From Anolis carolinensis (Eukaryota), in assembly GCF_035594765.1 (NCBI RefSeq), contig NC_085842.1, positions 235,053,747 through 235,117,746 of the forward strand: 64,000 nucleotides of DNA, read 5' to 3'. The translations under genes and the position numbers were made by a program. Each line of letters starts with the position of its first letter. The stretch's first letter is position 1. Below are positions 26,178-40,072 of this stretch, in pieces. The notes beneath the pieces are model-generated. The model had not been told where the DNA came from. It made no database searches and saw only the letters and a program-made list of their open reading frames with translations.

Positions 26178-27743
26178 TGTAAAAAGGCATCTTTGTGTTC
26201 AGGATGGGTGAAAGCACATGCATTTTTTTTCTGTGTTAGGAAAAATGGTAAACATATATCTGAAAAGCAAGACTGGCTCCAATCTTGCATGCATCTTTGC
26301 AACATGCAAATGTCTTCAAACTAAATCAAGGCTTTAGAGGACCAGATTTCTTGGAGGTCTCTCATTCATAGGGTTGCCATAAGTTAAAGCTAACTTAACA
26401 GCAAGACATTAAAGAACAACTGCCTTCAGACATTACAGAAACATATGCAGTCAAGAATCATCACTGTTACAACATGGAGTGTATCCATGATTACAATTTC
26501 ACATCATACATATAATACAATCCCTGTTTATATAATACAATCCTTATTTATTTATTTATGGATGATGGTTGTGTTAAGTTAATATGTTTTGGTTCACTTT
26601 GCATCAATGTTGTGTTGTAACTTTTGTAGATTTAATTTAAATTGGTTATTTATTTTATTATTGTCTATTGTTGTATTGTTCACATTGATGTAAGCCACTC
26701 CGATTCCCTTTGGGGAGATGGAGCGGAATATAATAAAGTTATTATTATTATTCTTACTATACATTATTAAAAAGTAGTTGCGATCCTTCTGTGAGAAGTA
26801 GAATGTTACAGATCATAATTGACTCACACCAATTCTGAATATGAGATAGGAATTCTAGAGCTATGTCTTGATATTTATTTCTAGTAATGGAAAACCAGAC
26901 ATTGGGACAATGGTGAACACAAGTACAAATCAACACTGTTGTCCAACACAGCTTTCTCTGTGAGCAGAAAGCTCTTCATCATTAGCACTTAATCATATTT
27001 TCCTCTTTCTTGTAGCCCTGATGCTATTAGAGTAATGGGTTGGAATTGTGTGTTATTTACTCTTTAGGTCACTGCTGTTTCTAAGTACTGTGTTACATTA
27101 TCATGTAATTTGTCTGTATTAAAATAACAGGTGCCAATTGTATTTCTTTTTTATGGATAGCTATTACTGAGGCAATTTTTCTTCATTTATTGCACACACA
27201 CACACACACACACGCATATACACACCTATCTCTTAATGAAGTCCAACTTTTCATAAGGATTTGCAGTTCCATATTCATTAACTAACCTTAGCCATGTAGT
27301 ATTCTTCCAGTATTTTGGATGGGGGATACTTATCAGTATAATATAGTAGTTCCTTGACTCTCATGTGAATCCTAAATTCATTAATTTAGATGTAAATCCA
27401 TTGATATTAATGGAAATTACATAAGTTCTAAACTGCTGTGTTCATTGGTAATAGTAATGGGTTAGATGTGGCTGAAGTTAATCCAGACAACACAGAAGTG
27501 ATCTTAGGGTGCATCCACACAGTAGATGCTATGACTCAATGCGATGATATCCTAGGACTTGGGGTTTGTTGAATCACCTGCACTCTTTGGCAGAGAAGAC
27601 TAAAGACCTTGTAAAACCACAGCTCTTATGATTCTACTTATACCATTGACCATGTCAATTAAAGTGTTGTTGAACTGCTTTAATTCAACAGTGTGGGTGC
27701 ACACTCTGATTCATGGTCCAGCCACACTAGTTTGGCCTTAGAC

Positions 27744-28482
27744 AAGGGTTTCTCAACCTGGGGGTTGGGACCCCTGGGGGGTCACAAGAGGGTGTCAGAG
27801 GGGTCACCAAAGACCATCAGAAAACACATATTTCTGATTGTCTTAGGAGCCCCTTTGGCAGAGAAGGCTGAAGATCTCTTTGCCTGTTTGGCCCCAATTC
27901 TATCATTGCTGGGGTTCAAGGCGCTCTTTGATTGCAGGTGAACTATAAATCCCAGCAACTATAACTCCCAAATGTCAAGGGCTATTTCCCCCAAACTCCA
28001 CCAGTGTTCACATTTGATCATATTGAGTATCATATTGAGTCCTGATCCATCATTGTTTGAGTCCACAGTGCTCTCTGGATACAGGTAACTACAACTCCAA
28101 AACTCAAGGTCAATGCCCACCAAACCCTTCCAGAAGTTTCTGTTGGTCATGGGAGTTCTGTGTGCCACGTTTGGTTCAATTTCATCCTTGGTGGAGTTCA
28201 AGGGGCTCTTTGATTGTAGGTGAACTATAAATCCCAGCAACGACAACTCCGAAATGACAAAATCACCTCCAGTATTCAAATTTGGGTGTATAGGGTATTT
28301 GTGCTAAATTTAGTCCAGTAATGAAAATACATCCTGCATATCAGATATTTACATTACAATTCATAACAGTAGTAAAATGACAATAACGAAGTAGCAACAA
28401 AAATAATGTTATATTTGGGGGCCACCACACCATGAGGAACTGTATTAAGTGGTCGCAGCATTAGGAAAGTTGAGAACCACTG
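27744..28482. mobile_element. hAT MITE (CAGTGGTTCTCAAC-type TIR)
   Basis: TIRs; TSD CCTTAGAC; internal repeated TGATTG(C/T)AGGTGAACTATAAATCCCAGCAAC. Confidence 0.85.
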
Positions 28483-31094
28483 CCTTAGACAATATATGCT
28501 GATGAAAATGGGAACAGCAGAATGGATCCACCCATACTAAAACCACCCAGTTAATTCATTCTTATTTCCATCAAAATCATCAAGACAGCAGACAATGCAA
28601 ATTATTTATTCATTTTTGCTCCTTGCGCGCATAATTCTCTTTCTCGAACATTTCTCTTCCTATTGAGAGATCTGGTAAAGTGAGCGAATTGCTGCCCTTT
28701 TACAGTCAACATGGCTGGCAATTGGTGGGTGCTTGACCTTTGCCTTCTACAACTTCCTGATAGAGAAAAATCAAGGAAGCATAAGGACTGTATTTGTGTA
28801 GCTGTTGTAAATGGTTGCCTTGTGCTTTTTAAAAAAATATAGCCACTTAATGTGCTTGTTTTATAACCTTAACCCTCCCTGATGAATTTGTAACATAAGC
28901 TGGCACAAAACAGTTGACACGCGTGCTATTTTGTGACAACAACAAGGAATAGGTTAGAGGGAAATGTTCCAGCTAATAAGGGGTGAAATACAAAGCTCTT
29001 TGTCAGCAAAAGTGTCTGGGGCAGATTTGATAAGCCCTTTAACTGATCCAAATGCCGTAAAGTTAATTGGCAAGCAGACTTGGGTGACTCCGTCTTTGGT
29101 GTCTGCCCATGAAATGCAGTTCACTCTGAAAGGACTGGTTATGATTTCCACTGGCTCAAGTAAGAAGGAAACTAAACATTGTGAGAGTAGGAAAGCAATA
29201 TACACTGATTAGAATAACAGTCTCAACATAAATAGAAAAGAAACTGTCACATTGATGTATTCTTTTTTGCTTCTTAACAAGTTAAACAGAAAATGCAAAA
29301 TAAATTTGTGCCACAAGAGGCATATAAAACAACAAGTGATGATTTTATATGCGCTTTCTTTTTTTCTTTTTCTTTTTTCTTTATTTTTTATTTTTTATTT
29401 TATTTTTTTGCTTCTGTTTGTGGCAATTTGAATGGACTTTTTACATATAAAGAGTATGGGATGGCAAATATTTGACATTTGTCCAGCCTAACCCTTGCTG
29501 GATGATAGGAATTTATTAAACATATTCCCACAATGAGCACCTCTTGAAGGAAGAAGATGGATGAAGATCTGGGCTCATGAAAGGAAGGAGAAAAAAGAAA
29601 GAATTCTATGTGGCAAGGCATCTTCCTCCAAGGAATCTTTTCAGAAATAGTTGTGCTTCTAAATTGACACTTCAGCCCCTTCTGCGCTGTCCTTATACCT
29701 CAGGATCTGATCACAGGTTATCTGCTTTGAAGTGGATTATATGAGTCTTCAGTGCCAAATAACCTGGCATAAGCAGATAATCTGGGATCACATCCTGGGC
29801 TATAAGGCAGTGTAGAAGGGGCCTCAGACTGCATTTTGGACACCCACTGGAGACATATGAACACATAGAATTGCACTAAGAATACACATTCAGATTAGAA
29901 GTTACAGAAACACTGACTTGAGAAATGACATCTCAGTGCAACTCAATACAGATATCAGAACACAGAAGTATTTTATATTATAATTCTTACATTGTTTACA
30001 AACCAAACCCATTCATCTTCTCAATCTCTTTAACAAAATCTCCCCTCACCTGCTTACACTGTGATGTGTGAGGGGAATTCTTAGTAGATTGACAGGCCAG
30101 GGTTTCAAGTAAGGACCTGTGCTGAAAATTTGAAAGCTGCCTGAAACACAAGTTATATACATGATCTACTCCATTGGCCTATAGTTATTTATGAGTAGCA
30201 GAGCTGTGTGTTTTTTCCCCCTGATTAAGAAGGTCAAGAAAAACTTTTATCAGCGAGTCACTTTGGTATTGAAATCCTATTGCTCCAGGACAGAAACCCG
30301 GGACAAATTAAATCCATGTCTGTTTTGAGAAAAATTCACTGTAGGTGAAGGGAGGAATGGGGAAAATCTATTTTCAGTTGCATGTCCCCTACCAATTTAC
30401 AGCTGAAACAGATGGACAGGTTAGTCCAAGCAAAACCAGAGTGTTGCCAAAAAGCATGTGGCAAGACAAGAAGGCAAAAGGACACTGACAAAGGATACCT
30501 TCTCAATATGTTTAATAGACAGAAGTCTTGAAAAAGCCTCATATTCTTATTGCTTAAGCTTTGGTTTTTCTCCATGTTCTGTTCAGGAAAGTTTTATTGC
30601 ATTGAACAAACAATAATTAATTTCCTGGCAAATTAACCCAGAACATTGCAAACACCTCTATAGCTTTAAGAGATAGCTGGAAATTAGATTAATGACCTCA
30701 TTACATGCAGAATTTTCCCCATCGTAGGAACACTACATCTCCATTTCAAGGACAAAGAGTCATGGAGCCCATCACATGACATTTGCCTACCTCTGGCTGT
30801 CATCCATTGCCCTTCATCCTTGAAATGGAGAGGAAGTGTGTGTGCTGAAAGGAAGGAGTTCAGAACATGGATATTCTGAGCCCCCTATTCTGAGAACCAT
30901 CACTAACGGCAAAAAACACATGTGATGGGATCTGACAGATTCACCCATGTTGAACAGTTTCTGTGACATGGAGGAATGGGCATTCCTCACCATTTTGCTA
31001 AGAATTTGGCTTCTGAGCAGAAGAAAGATCACTTCCTAGCATCTCTTGATTAGAAACTATCTAAAGAAACCTAAGAACTAAGTAATAGTAATAC

Positions 31095-32114
31095 TGGTCG
31101 AGACTCGCACAAGAGCCCAAAAGGAGGGTTGTACAACACCTGGCGAGCTCCCGAGAAGCAAAATAGAGTTTTTCCTATTACCCAATAAAAGTCTCACCAA
31201 GGTCAAAGCAGAGGCCACCGAGTTTATTTCTGGTCCAGCTGGAGCAGGATGACGGTCGCAATAAGATGCAAGAAGAACTGGTATACCCGTGTACAAAAGA
31301 ATCTGCATTTTATACATTTTCTCTTTTGAATTTCCTGCTCCCGCCCACCCAACCGGCTTTGTGCTGATTGGTCAGGGAACTCCCTGGCATCAGAGGCCGG
31401 GAGGAGCGGTCGGGGGATCGCACACCTCGGCCAATGAGAGTGCGAGCCTTACCTGTGACATCTTTCCCCGGCTGGCCAATGGGAAAGATGGAGGTGCAGC
31501 AGTAGAGAAAATAAAGGAGATCATATGTTTATGAATGGATTATGGGTGACCCTATCTTGGGTCCATTGTCAAGTGGCCCGGCGAGAGCCTTCGGGCCTTC
31601 AAGCTGGACCTGTTCTATTGATAAGAAGATTGCAATAACAAGTCCTTTGAACTGGAGTCTGACACCTCGATGTCCGTTCCATTGTTCCAAAGTCAGCAGT
31701 ATCGATGATCTTGATGAGATTAGGTGATTCAGGATCCGGGGAAAGGGAGATGATATTGTCTTGGAACAGCTGCAGCATACCTGCCTCTCTGCAGAGGGGA
31801 TATGCCATTCATGAAAGATGATTAAAATGTTCAAAGGTTGCTCAATTCTTAAGTGGCCTGGCTTTGCCCTCCGAGGCTTAAGAAAAAGAGTCTATTTAGC
31901 TATTTCAGATGGTGATCATGTTAAGTCCATTGAGTAAGGATGTGGACCTGGGGCAAGCTTGTGGCACCCAGGTCAAAGGACTGTTGCAAGATAGGTAGCT
32001 ATTGATGGGTTTTACACGTTCAAAGTTAAGGATGGGAGAATAATGGGGATGAGGGGGGACAGACGGTTTGCTAGATGCACATGTATGATAGGGCCCATTA
32101 CCAAGGACCAAACA
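31095..32114 (-). mobile_element. Probable ERV-like solo LTR (~1 kb)
   Basis: TG...CA ends, near-TSD TAATAC/TAATGC. Minus strand has CCAAT (~31366), GC box (~31340), TATAAAA (~31310) and AATAAA (31223-31228) in LTR order. CpG-richer than flanks. Confidence 0.6.
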
Positions 32115-32185
32115 TAATGCTGGTATATCTGCTTCTTATGATGAAGTCCTCAGAAAAAATACAAAAGAATTTTTTTCTGAGTAAA

Positions 32186-32929
32186 AAAGGTAAAGGTTTC
32201 CCCTGACGTTAAGTCCAGTCATGTCTGACTCTGGGGGTTGGTGCTCATCTCCATTTCTAAGCCGAAGAGCCAGCGTTGTCCATAGACACCTCCAAGGTCA
32301 TGTGGCTGGCATGACTGCATGTAGCGCCGTTACCTTCCTGCCGGAGCGGTACCTATTGATCTACTCACATTTGCATGTTTTCGAACTGCTAGGTTGGCAG
32401 GAGCTGGAGCTAACAGTGGCCGCTCACATGCTGTGATGCTAACCTGCAGTGGATGCTCACAGAGGCGTGTATAGCCTTTCCTTGCAACCCCTTATATACA
32501 GAGTGTATATAAATTTCAAAGCAGTATATTTCATGATGGCAACATATTACAATTGCACAAAAAGTTACAAAGGCTTTTATGATCAATCAAGTTTTACTAA
32601 GGTAAAGGTAAAGGTTTCCCCTGACGTTAGGTCCAGTCGTGTCTGACTCTGGGGTTGGTGCTCATCTCCATTTCTAAGCCGAAGAGCCAGCGTTGTCCAT
32701 AGACACCTCCAAGGTCATGTGGCTGGCATGACTGCATGTAGCGCCGTTACCTTCCCGCCGGAGCGGTACCTATTGATCTACTCACATTTGCATGTTTTCG
32801 AACTGCTAGGTTGGCAGGAGCTGGAGCTAACAGTGGCCGCTCACACCGCTCCCAGGGTTTGAACCTGGGACCTTTCGGTCTGCAAGTTCATCAGCTCAGC
32901 GCTTTAATGCACTTCGCCACCGGGGTTCC
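32186..32929 (-). mobile_element. Composite insertion: full Sauria SINE (32598-32929) + ~165-bp insert (32428-32590) + 5'-truncated Sauria SINE (32186-32427)
   Basis: Single TSD TTTTCTGAGTAAA at 32173-32185 and 32930-32942; the two SINE parts are nearly identical. Confidence 0.85.
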
Positions 32930-33679
32930 TTTTCTGAGTAAAGCTTTAGTAAAAAAAAAAATCAATGTGATGATATGTAAAAAATTGAGATATATAAAAA
33001 GTTAAAACTTGATAAAATAAACATTAGAAAAATACAGTAAATCTCAGAAGAGATAGGCAGGTATGATAATAAATTAAGATAGAGATTAAATATTGGAATC
33101 CTTAGGAAACAAGATAGGTTATTCACTTACAATTAGCTGTGGAAATGGAGCAGAGTTTGTTAAGTGTGAAAGGATAATGCCAAAAGGATTGATAGAAGTG
33201 TGTTGGATAATTATGTAATATAATTAATATTATATTCTTGAAGCAACAAGAGATATACCATTCATAACATCATTGAAAAATTGATAGGTTAATTATTAGA
33301 CTTTGAAACAGAACAGATGATAATTAAAATGGCTAGATACCATCAAGATACATAAGCAAAAAAAACAGGTTTTGAAATATGAATCAAATGGCATGGCAAT
33401 GGCTGAAAGAAGGGTATTTTGTAGAACACCCTTCCCCAAGGTCTATTATCCAAGCAAATATTTGAGTAATCTCAGATCTTTCACCAAAGGCTTTTTAAAA
33501 TGAAGGTGTGAGTAAATACAATTACTATAGATTTCTTTTTAAAAAGGAAAAAGAATCAGATATCAATGTGGTTTTCCCTTAAATTACATTTATGCACATC
33601 AAGACAGTACTTGTTTCTAAGAAGCAAATAGATATTTTTAAGAGAGATTAAAAATCTGATAATACTGAGGATCAGTTTG

Positions 33680-33760
33680 ATAATAATAATAAATTTTATT
33701 TATATCCTACCCCATGTCCCCGAGGGGACTCAGAGCGGCTTACAACAATATAATAATGCA
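33680..33760 (-). mobile_element. L2-type 3' end fragment (similar + strand piece at ~26690-26750)
   Basis: CCCCGAGGGGACTCAGAGCGGCTTACA stem adjacent to (TAA)n. Confidence 0.6.
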
Positions 33761-36244
33761 AACAATATGGACAATAATAAATGTATAACCAATTTAAAAT
33801 TAAATCAACAATTCATAACTAAATGAAAAAGTACAAGAATAAAAACATATTAAATTGACATAAAACAATAAAAAACTATTATCATAAAATAAAGCATAAC
33901 ATGATGTAAGTCATGTTTTTTTTTCCTTTAATATCCTATACATGTTAACTTAGAACTAAGTAAAACAGGACATAAGGGAAGAATAAGACCTAACTCAGTG
34001 AAATAACTGAAGGTAAATAAAACAGTTAAGATATGAATATAAAATGTGTGCATGGTATGTGTGTATACCATAAATCATTAAAATAATTACTCAAATTAAC
34101 ACTATATAATCCATACTGTAAATAGCAGTTTGAGAGAAAGTCCCTGAGACATAAATCATTTGGTAAAAGAAAAAATGTGGCATTAGGTTTCATCTGATTC
34201 TTCATTCAAACAGAAGCCAGACAAATTTTGACTAGTAGTCTTCATCTGTGGCCAAAGGCTGTGGGGAGTGAATGGGAAGAAGCATTTTTATTTTGTGTAA
34301 TTGCGTTTTGTCTGGAGGAAATATTAAACGACATATGATTTACATCGGCCAAATGATTTGTGTTTTATGGGCCTTCTCCCATAGTGCTATTTATAGTTTG
34401 GACTGTGTAGTGTTAATTTAGAATCAACTCCCATTGAGTTCAATGAGGATTGTTCGCAATTAAAAAGGCATACTCACTTGACTGGAATTAAATCCCACTG
34501 GAGTCAATGGAGTTTACTTTGTGTACATGTGTGCTATAACAAGCAATGCAATATTAGATTGCTTTCTTTTTTATTTTTGATCTGCTTATTGTGTTTTATT
34601 AGAATGTCTCATTCTAAAAATATTCGCTCAAGAAGGTTTTCTTTTAAGTATGAATACAAAATATTTTTAAACCCTCTCTACCAATTGTCCTGAGTTATCA
34701 GAAAGTCAAAGAAAAATTAAGAAGACAGATTTTTAAATCTGCTATTATTATCTGAAGTACAGATGACTTATTAAATTTTGCCCATATTTTTCTGCTGTCA
34801 TGTACAATAGTTATTCAGGCATCTAGTATATGTCCAATTATGCTTATTACTTGGTTAGTTTTCTGGAAAATTAAGAGATCCATTAGGTGCGTGGGAGTTT
34901 GTTGCCTATGAACATGTGCATCTTTTAAAAGTGCAGGTTATAGAGATTTATAGCTTTTTTTAAAAAAAAAAGTATTTTGCACATTCCTTAAGTATGATAC
35001 ATTGTGCCTTCACCACGAGGAAAGACAGATGGAACATTTATCACAAATTGGAGGCAATCCATAAGCAAACTCATTTCTGTGGTTCAAAGATTTTGGCCAG
35101 TATTCTGTATCAGTTACTGAGTTGAGTATACTGAGTAACCTCTTCTGGCCCGAACCCCCTAAATCTGATGGAATTATCATTTGCCCATGCTCCAATTACA
35201 AGCAAAATGGACTTTTTTCTCCCCATGCAGTTGATATCTGATAAAGCAGAATTGTTTTCAAACCATGACTACCTCCAACCAAAAGGATCTATAGTTCACC
35301 AAGGGCTCATGAATAAAATGTATGATTTTTTCCTTTTTTAAAACAAATATTTTCTGGAGGTCTGGAGTTGCACAAGTTAAAAGTTTCAGAATATTGAGAA
35401 CAGCTGTACCTCCATGAAATATATCATATCTAACCCTTCAGTAAATAGTATCTACTTTATGATTTTTTGTAACTTGTATCTTTCACTTGCATACTGTATC
35501 TCTTTCCTGTATACATTGTATAAAAAGCCTCATATAAATGTATAAAAATGCCCAGAGACAGCCACACCTCCATGACCCTGCTGGAATAATCCCCTGAGAA
35601 TAAAAAGGTTGGGCAAATCCCTCTGGCTATTTCCCAAGCCAGATAACCATTAGGTTCCTTCTGTGTATATACAGATGGGTAATTTACCTTGCCAGTCAGA
35701 TAAGCAAAATGTTTATATAATTCACCTGAGGCTGACAGCCTGATGCTCCCTTTCGGAAAGAGGGGCTTAGAGTATGTGCATTAGTTAACTCTTGATTGCC
35801 CAGGATTGGCACCTTTATCCTCTGAGTCTCACACCTTTGTTTCCCAAGCCCTATATCTTTGTTTCACACAGAACTGGACAGTTGAGCTAAAAAGAAAATA
35901 TCATACCAAAATATCATACCAATGGTCATACATATCATTGGTATTACTTTTCCCTGGATCGCGCCCTCAGGGAGTATCTCTGCAGCTGATTGGTCCTTCG
36001 CCCAAAAAGGCCAAAAGCAACATCACAGTGGAGAGAGTAGAGGTTATTGGTACTTCTTTTAGATTCTTCTGTGATACACTAAGCTCTTGCCTTTCACCCT
36101 TCAGAGAAGGGAATGGTTCCTTTTTTTATATAAGTTAAAATGCAGTATTCATATTGACCAGTGGATAAGTTGGCACTGGGTTTTTGGGTTAATTGTTTGA
36201 CTAAAAATCTGAGACTTATATATCAGTATATAGGGTAAGTAAAA

Positions 36245-36851
36245 ATCTTGACTTTATATTTCTAGGCGCAAAGATCACTGCAGATGCAGACTGCAGCCAG
36301 GAAATCAGAAGACGTCTACTTCTTGGGAGGAGAGCAATGGCCAACCTTGACAAAATAGTGAAGAGCAGAGACATCACACTGGCAACGAAGGTCCGCATAG
36401 TCAAAGCAATGGTATTCCCCATAGTAACCTATGGATGCGAGAGCTGGACCATAAGGAAGGCTGAGCGAAGGAAGATAGACGCTTTTGAACTCTGGTGCTG
36501 GAGGAAAATCCTGAGAGTGCCTTGGACCACAAGAAGATCCAACCAGTCCATCCTCCAGGAAATAATGCCCGACTGCTCACTGGAGGGAAGGATATTAGAG
36601 GCAAAGTTGAAGTATTTTGGCCACATCATGAGGAGACAGGAAAGCTTGGAGAAGATCATGATGCTGGGGAAAATGGAAGGAAAAAGGAAGAGAAGCCGAC
36701 TAAGGGCGAGATGGATGGACGGTATCCTTGAAGTGACTGGCTCGTCCTTGAAGGAACTGGGGGCGGTGACGGCCAACAGGGAGCTCTGGCGTGGACTGGT
36801 CCATGAGGTCATGAAGAGTCGAAAACGACTGAACGAGTGAGACGACGACAA
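36245..36851 (+). mobile_element. RTE/Bov-B LINE 3' fragment (ORF 36337-36840, RT C-terminus)
   Basis: TKVRIVKAMVFPIVTYGCESWT...KIDAFELWCWRKILRVPWT...LKYFGHIMRR...WRGLVHEV is the Bov-B RT C-terminal signature. Confidence 0.93.
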
Positions 36852-37028
36852 AAAATCTTGAATACAGATAGATATTCATGATCACTAGTTAATCCCAATT
36901 GTGACAATATCACCCCAATCATGACTTACCTACTAACCTACTTTCATAAAACTTAATGGCAAACCATTGAATAAAATGTTCTTCAGATGTATCCAGTGAA
37001 AGTTGGTGCCATAACAAATACGCTGGCC

Positions 37029-37360
37029 TACCTTATATACTCATGTATACAAATCAAGCTCATGTATAAGTCAAGGAAAGATTTTGTGGCCAAAATTATA
37101 GACTTTCATATGACCCATGAATAAATTGAGGGTCATTCCCCAGAGAGGGAAAAAATCACTGTTGCCTCAGGGGGCCAGCTGTTCCTTGCTGCTGACACCA
37201 TTTACTCATCAAGGCATTCAAAAAGGTCAGAAACAGTGCCATGGCAGTGAGAGCCTAAGGGGTTGTTGCTTCTTTTAGGTTCTCCTAGTTGGACAAAGCT
37301 CTTTCCTTCTGGCACTCTACTCAGAGAGGGGAATGGTTTATTTTGTGATAAAGAGTTAAG
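37029..37360. mobile_element. Tc1/pogo-like non-autonomous fragment; related pieces ~17320-17590, 35960-36236, 62790-62850
   Basis: Terminus TACC(T/C)TATATACT; shared internal AGAGAGGGGAATGGTT and AGGCATTCAAAAAGG blocks. Confidence 0.5.
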
Positions 37361-40072
37361 ATATAAAACCCAATCTGATCCCCAAGCATTTCAGATAAGG
37401 GATACTCAGTCTATACTACTTTAAAGACGTAAACATTTATTATGATACAAAATCTAATTTGATGCTGCTGATATACTAGACTGCAATCCACAACAACATA
37501 TGCTGTAATGTAGTTGTTAATGTTTTAGATGCCATATAACATTCTTCGTAGTGGGTGCTGCAGTAGATTGATGTGGCCATCACTGTAAAATATTGGTTTA
37601 TGTAATTCTTTCAGGATTTTTTAAAAATGGAAGTGGCTTAAGTAAGGCATGAGGAACACTCCGGTATGCCAGGTGAGCAAATGCCAAATTCACCAGCAGA
37701 CATGCTTATCCAACAAATTGTGAGACTGGAGGGAAGTCAGGCACACCATGGTTGAAGAATTTGTTGCTGGGTCTCTCTTTACATTTGTCTGTCTTCTCCC
37801 CAGCGTGGCTGGAATTTTATGATGTGGCTGTAGTTCTTCTGAGCCAGAGAGCACGGTTCCTGGGCCTGCGGAGCTGGAGTGTCAGACCCCCGCTCATTGT
37901 CCTTGCTAGTCTGTACAGTCAGCTCAAAATGCCCTTGACCCCTGAGGAAACAAAATAAATGGCCAGGAAACCTATTTCAGATGTACTGTGCTGTGCTGCG
38001 TCTGGAAGGGAAAAGAAACTTATTATTCACAGATGTACTTCAGCAAACTTAGGGATGAAGCCATGAAGGGCCCCTTAGTATTTTCTTTGGCTTCTGCACA
38101 AACTGTTGACATCATTTTAGTATTCACCATTCATCTACTGCCGTTGAGACCTTAAGGCTGTGCACAAGCTGCATTTCAGAATCTGTTCAATAGCTTGGGG
38201 GATTTTTCTGGAAATGCATGTATCTTATTTTTCCTGGACCTTTGGAAAGTGCTTATGGTTCCCAAAGAAAAAAGAGGAGTATGTAGCATTACTTAACTGT
38301 ATTTTAAACTGATTCTATGTTTGTGCAATGCCAAGCCGCTGCTGTGCCCTGCTCCTGTGCCAAGGAGATGTAATTGCAGCCCTAGGCATTCCCACCAACA
38401 CACCAGAAAGTCAAAGAGAAGCTTTAGAAACAGCAATACAGAAAGTTACCCCTACAATAGACATAAAAATTCACTCATGAAATCCTTCTGCTAGCCATTC
38501 AGGGAAGACAAGAAGGGCACATTTTCCCCTCACACATAGCCCTTCTGCAAGCATACTCCTTATGGCCTTCTATGCTGCAATGATCAGGGGAGATGCTTGG
38601 TGGAGTTCCTTTTTCAGCATCATTGCTTCCTGGAGATTCAGATTCTGGGAGTTGTAGTTGGGATGTTCAGAATACTCTTCTGCTCTTACAGAACCATCTG
38701 CAGGTTGTGAAAGTGGAGAGGAATGCTTTGGGGACATGGGAAGATAGTGATATCCTTAGGACCAGGGGCTTATTGGCAAAAACAAGCGGCAAAAAACTCT
38801 CTCACCCTCTTTCACACACTTAAAAAACAATTTCCCTGCAGTTGCAATTGGTGGTTAGGTGGCTTACTATGTGCCCTTTCTTACAGAATATACTCCCCTA
38901 TGTCATGCACTATCAAGGGAGAGTCATCAACCCTGTATCTGAATAATTATCCATTCTTAACTTTTGTTTACACACAATTTGTGATTATATATGAAAGAGA
39001 ATACATGTAAATGTTATGTCCTCTTTGTTCCCTTTTTAAGTGATGCATAGATAAATAGACACACACATCATTAAATGGGCAAAACAATGCACATTCCCCT
39101 CAACAATGCACAAGTGAGAACAATGCTATATTGTAAACAAATGAAAACAACGGAATTTGTCTATGATAGTCTGTAAGAGATTCAAAGAATATCCACAGTT
39201 TCCCTTAGCTTGAAAATGTTCCTCGACTTAACATGTAAAACTATTTGAAGGTTGCTCAGAGGTGGGTACCCCTTTTTGATATCAGAGCTTTCCACAATGG
39301 CCAGGATTTTGGATGGAGCTCTGTGGATGGATAGGAGGGTGGTTCCAGCAGTGACATGGCACGATCCCATCCCTTTGCCGATGCTGATAAGCACAAGCCA
39401 TCTTATTACATGGGCAAAATTGCCCGTCCTATTACAGTTAGACCTCACTTCAGACATGGAGCCCACCAAATTACATCACACGACGTAGATCTACTTCCGG
39501 CGGGGTTTCATGCCTGAAGTGAGGGCAAACTGTTGTTAAGAGGCAGCAGCCAGTACACAGGAGGCTTCCTGTATTCCATAGAGAAGAACCAAGGGAAGCT
39601 GGGCAGCAACGCTTTCTCCATGGGATGAGGCAAGGGGTAATGGACAGCATGACAGGTTCCCTATGTCCCATGCCAGATTCGTCACGATCCGTGGCAAATC
39701 TCCCCACTATCAACTGGTTTACTGACCCGAATGTGATGAGGTCCAAGGAAAGAGTGATGATGTCAGTATCCAGTTTAGGCAGCAAAGCAGGTCAAATTAA
39801 ACTTGACCAGACTGCCCCAAAGCTTCAGAATACTCCAGTGTTTCCAGCATACTCTGAAATATCCTGCAACATTGGAGCAAAGCTGATTTAAAGCAAGAAA
39901 TAAAATACTGTGGCACACACTGGAAGTCACTGTGTGTTGTGAGGACAGCCAAGAGTTCATTTGCAGAAAATAACTAGATTTTTTGGACAATGTAGATAAG
40001 CCCAGAGTCTTAAGATTTCTGAATTGCTGTCACAGCTTTCAGGTGGCTTTACCATGAGATCTGGGTCCAAGT

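Noticed and set aside
25867-26223. 118-aa minus and 70-aa plus ORFs
   Set aside because: The region is homologous to the MITE copies at 43.9 and 60.9 kb, with no conserved frame.
39182-39891. Overlapping ORFs and an exon-like GC-rich stretch
   Set aside because: No recognisable protein; much of it lies within GACCTCATCA-family MITE termini.
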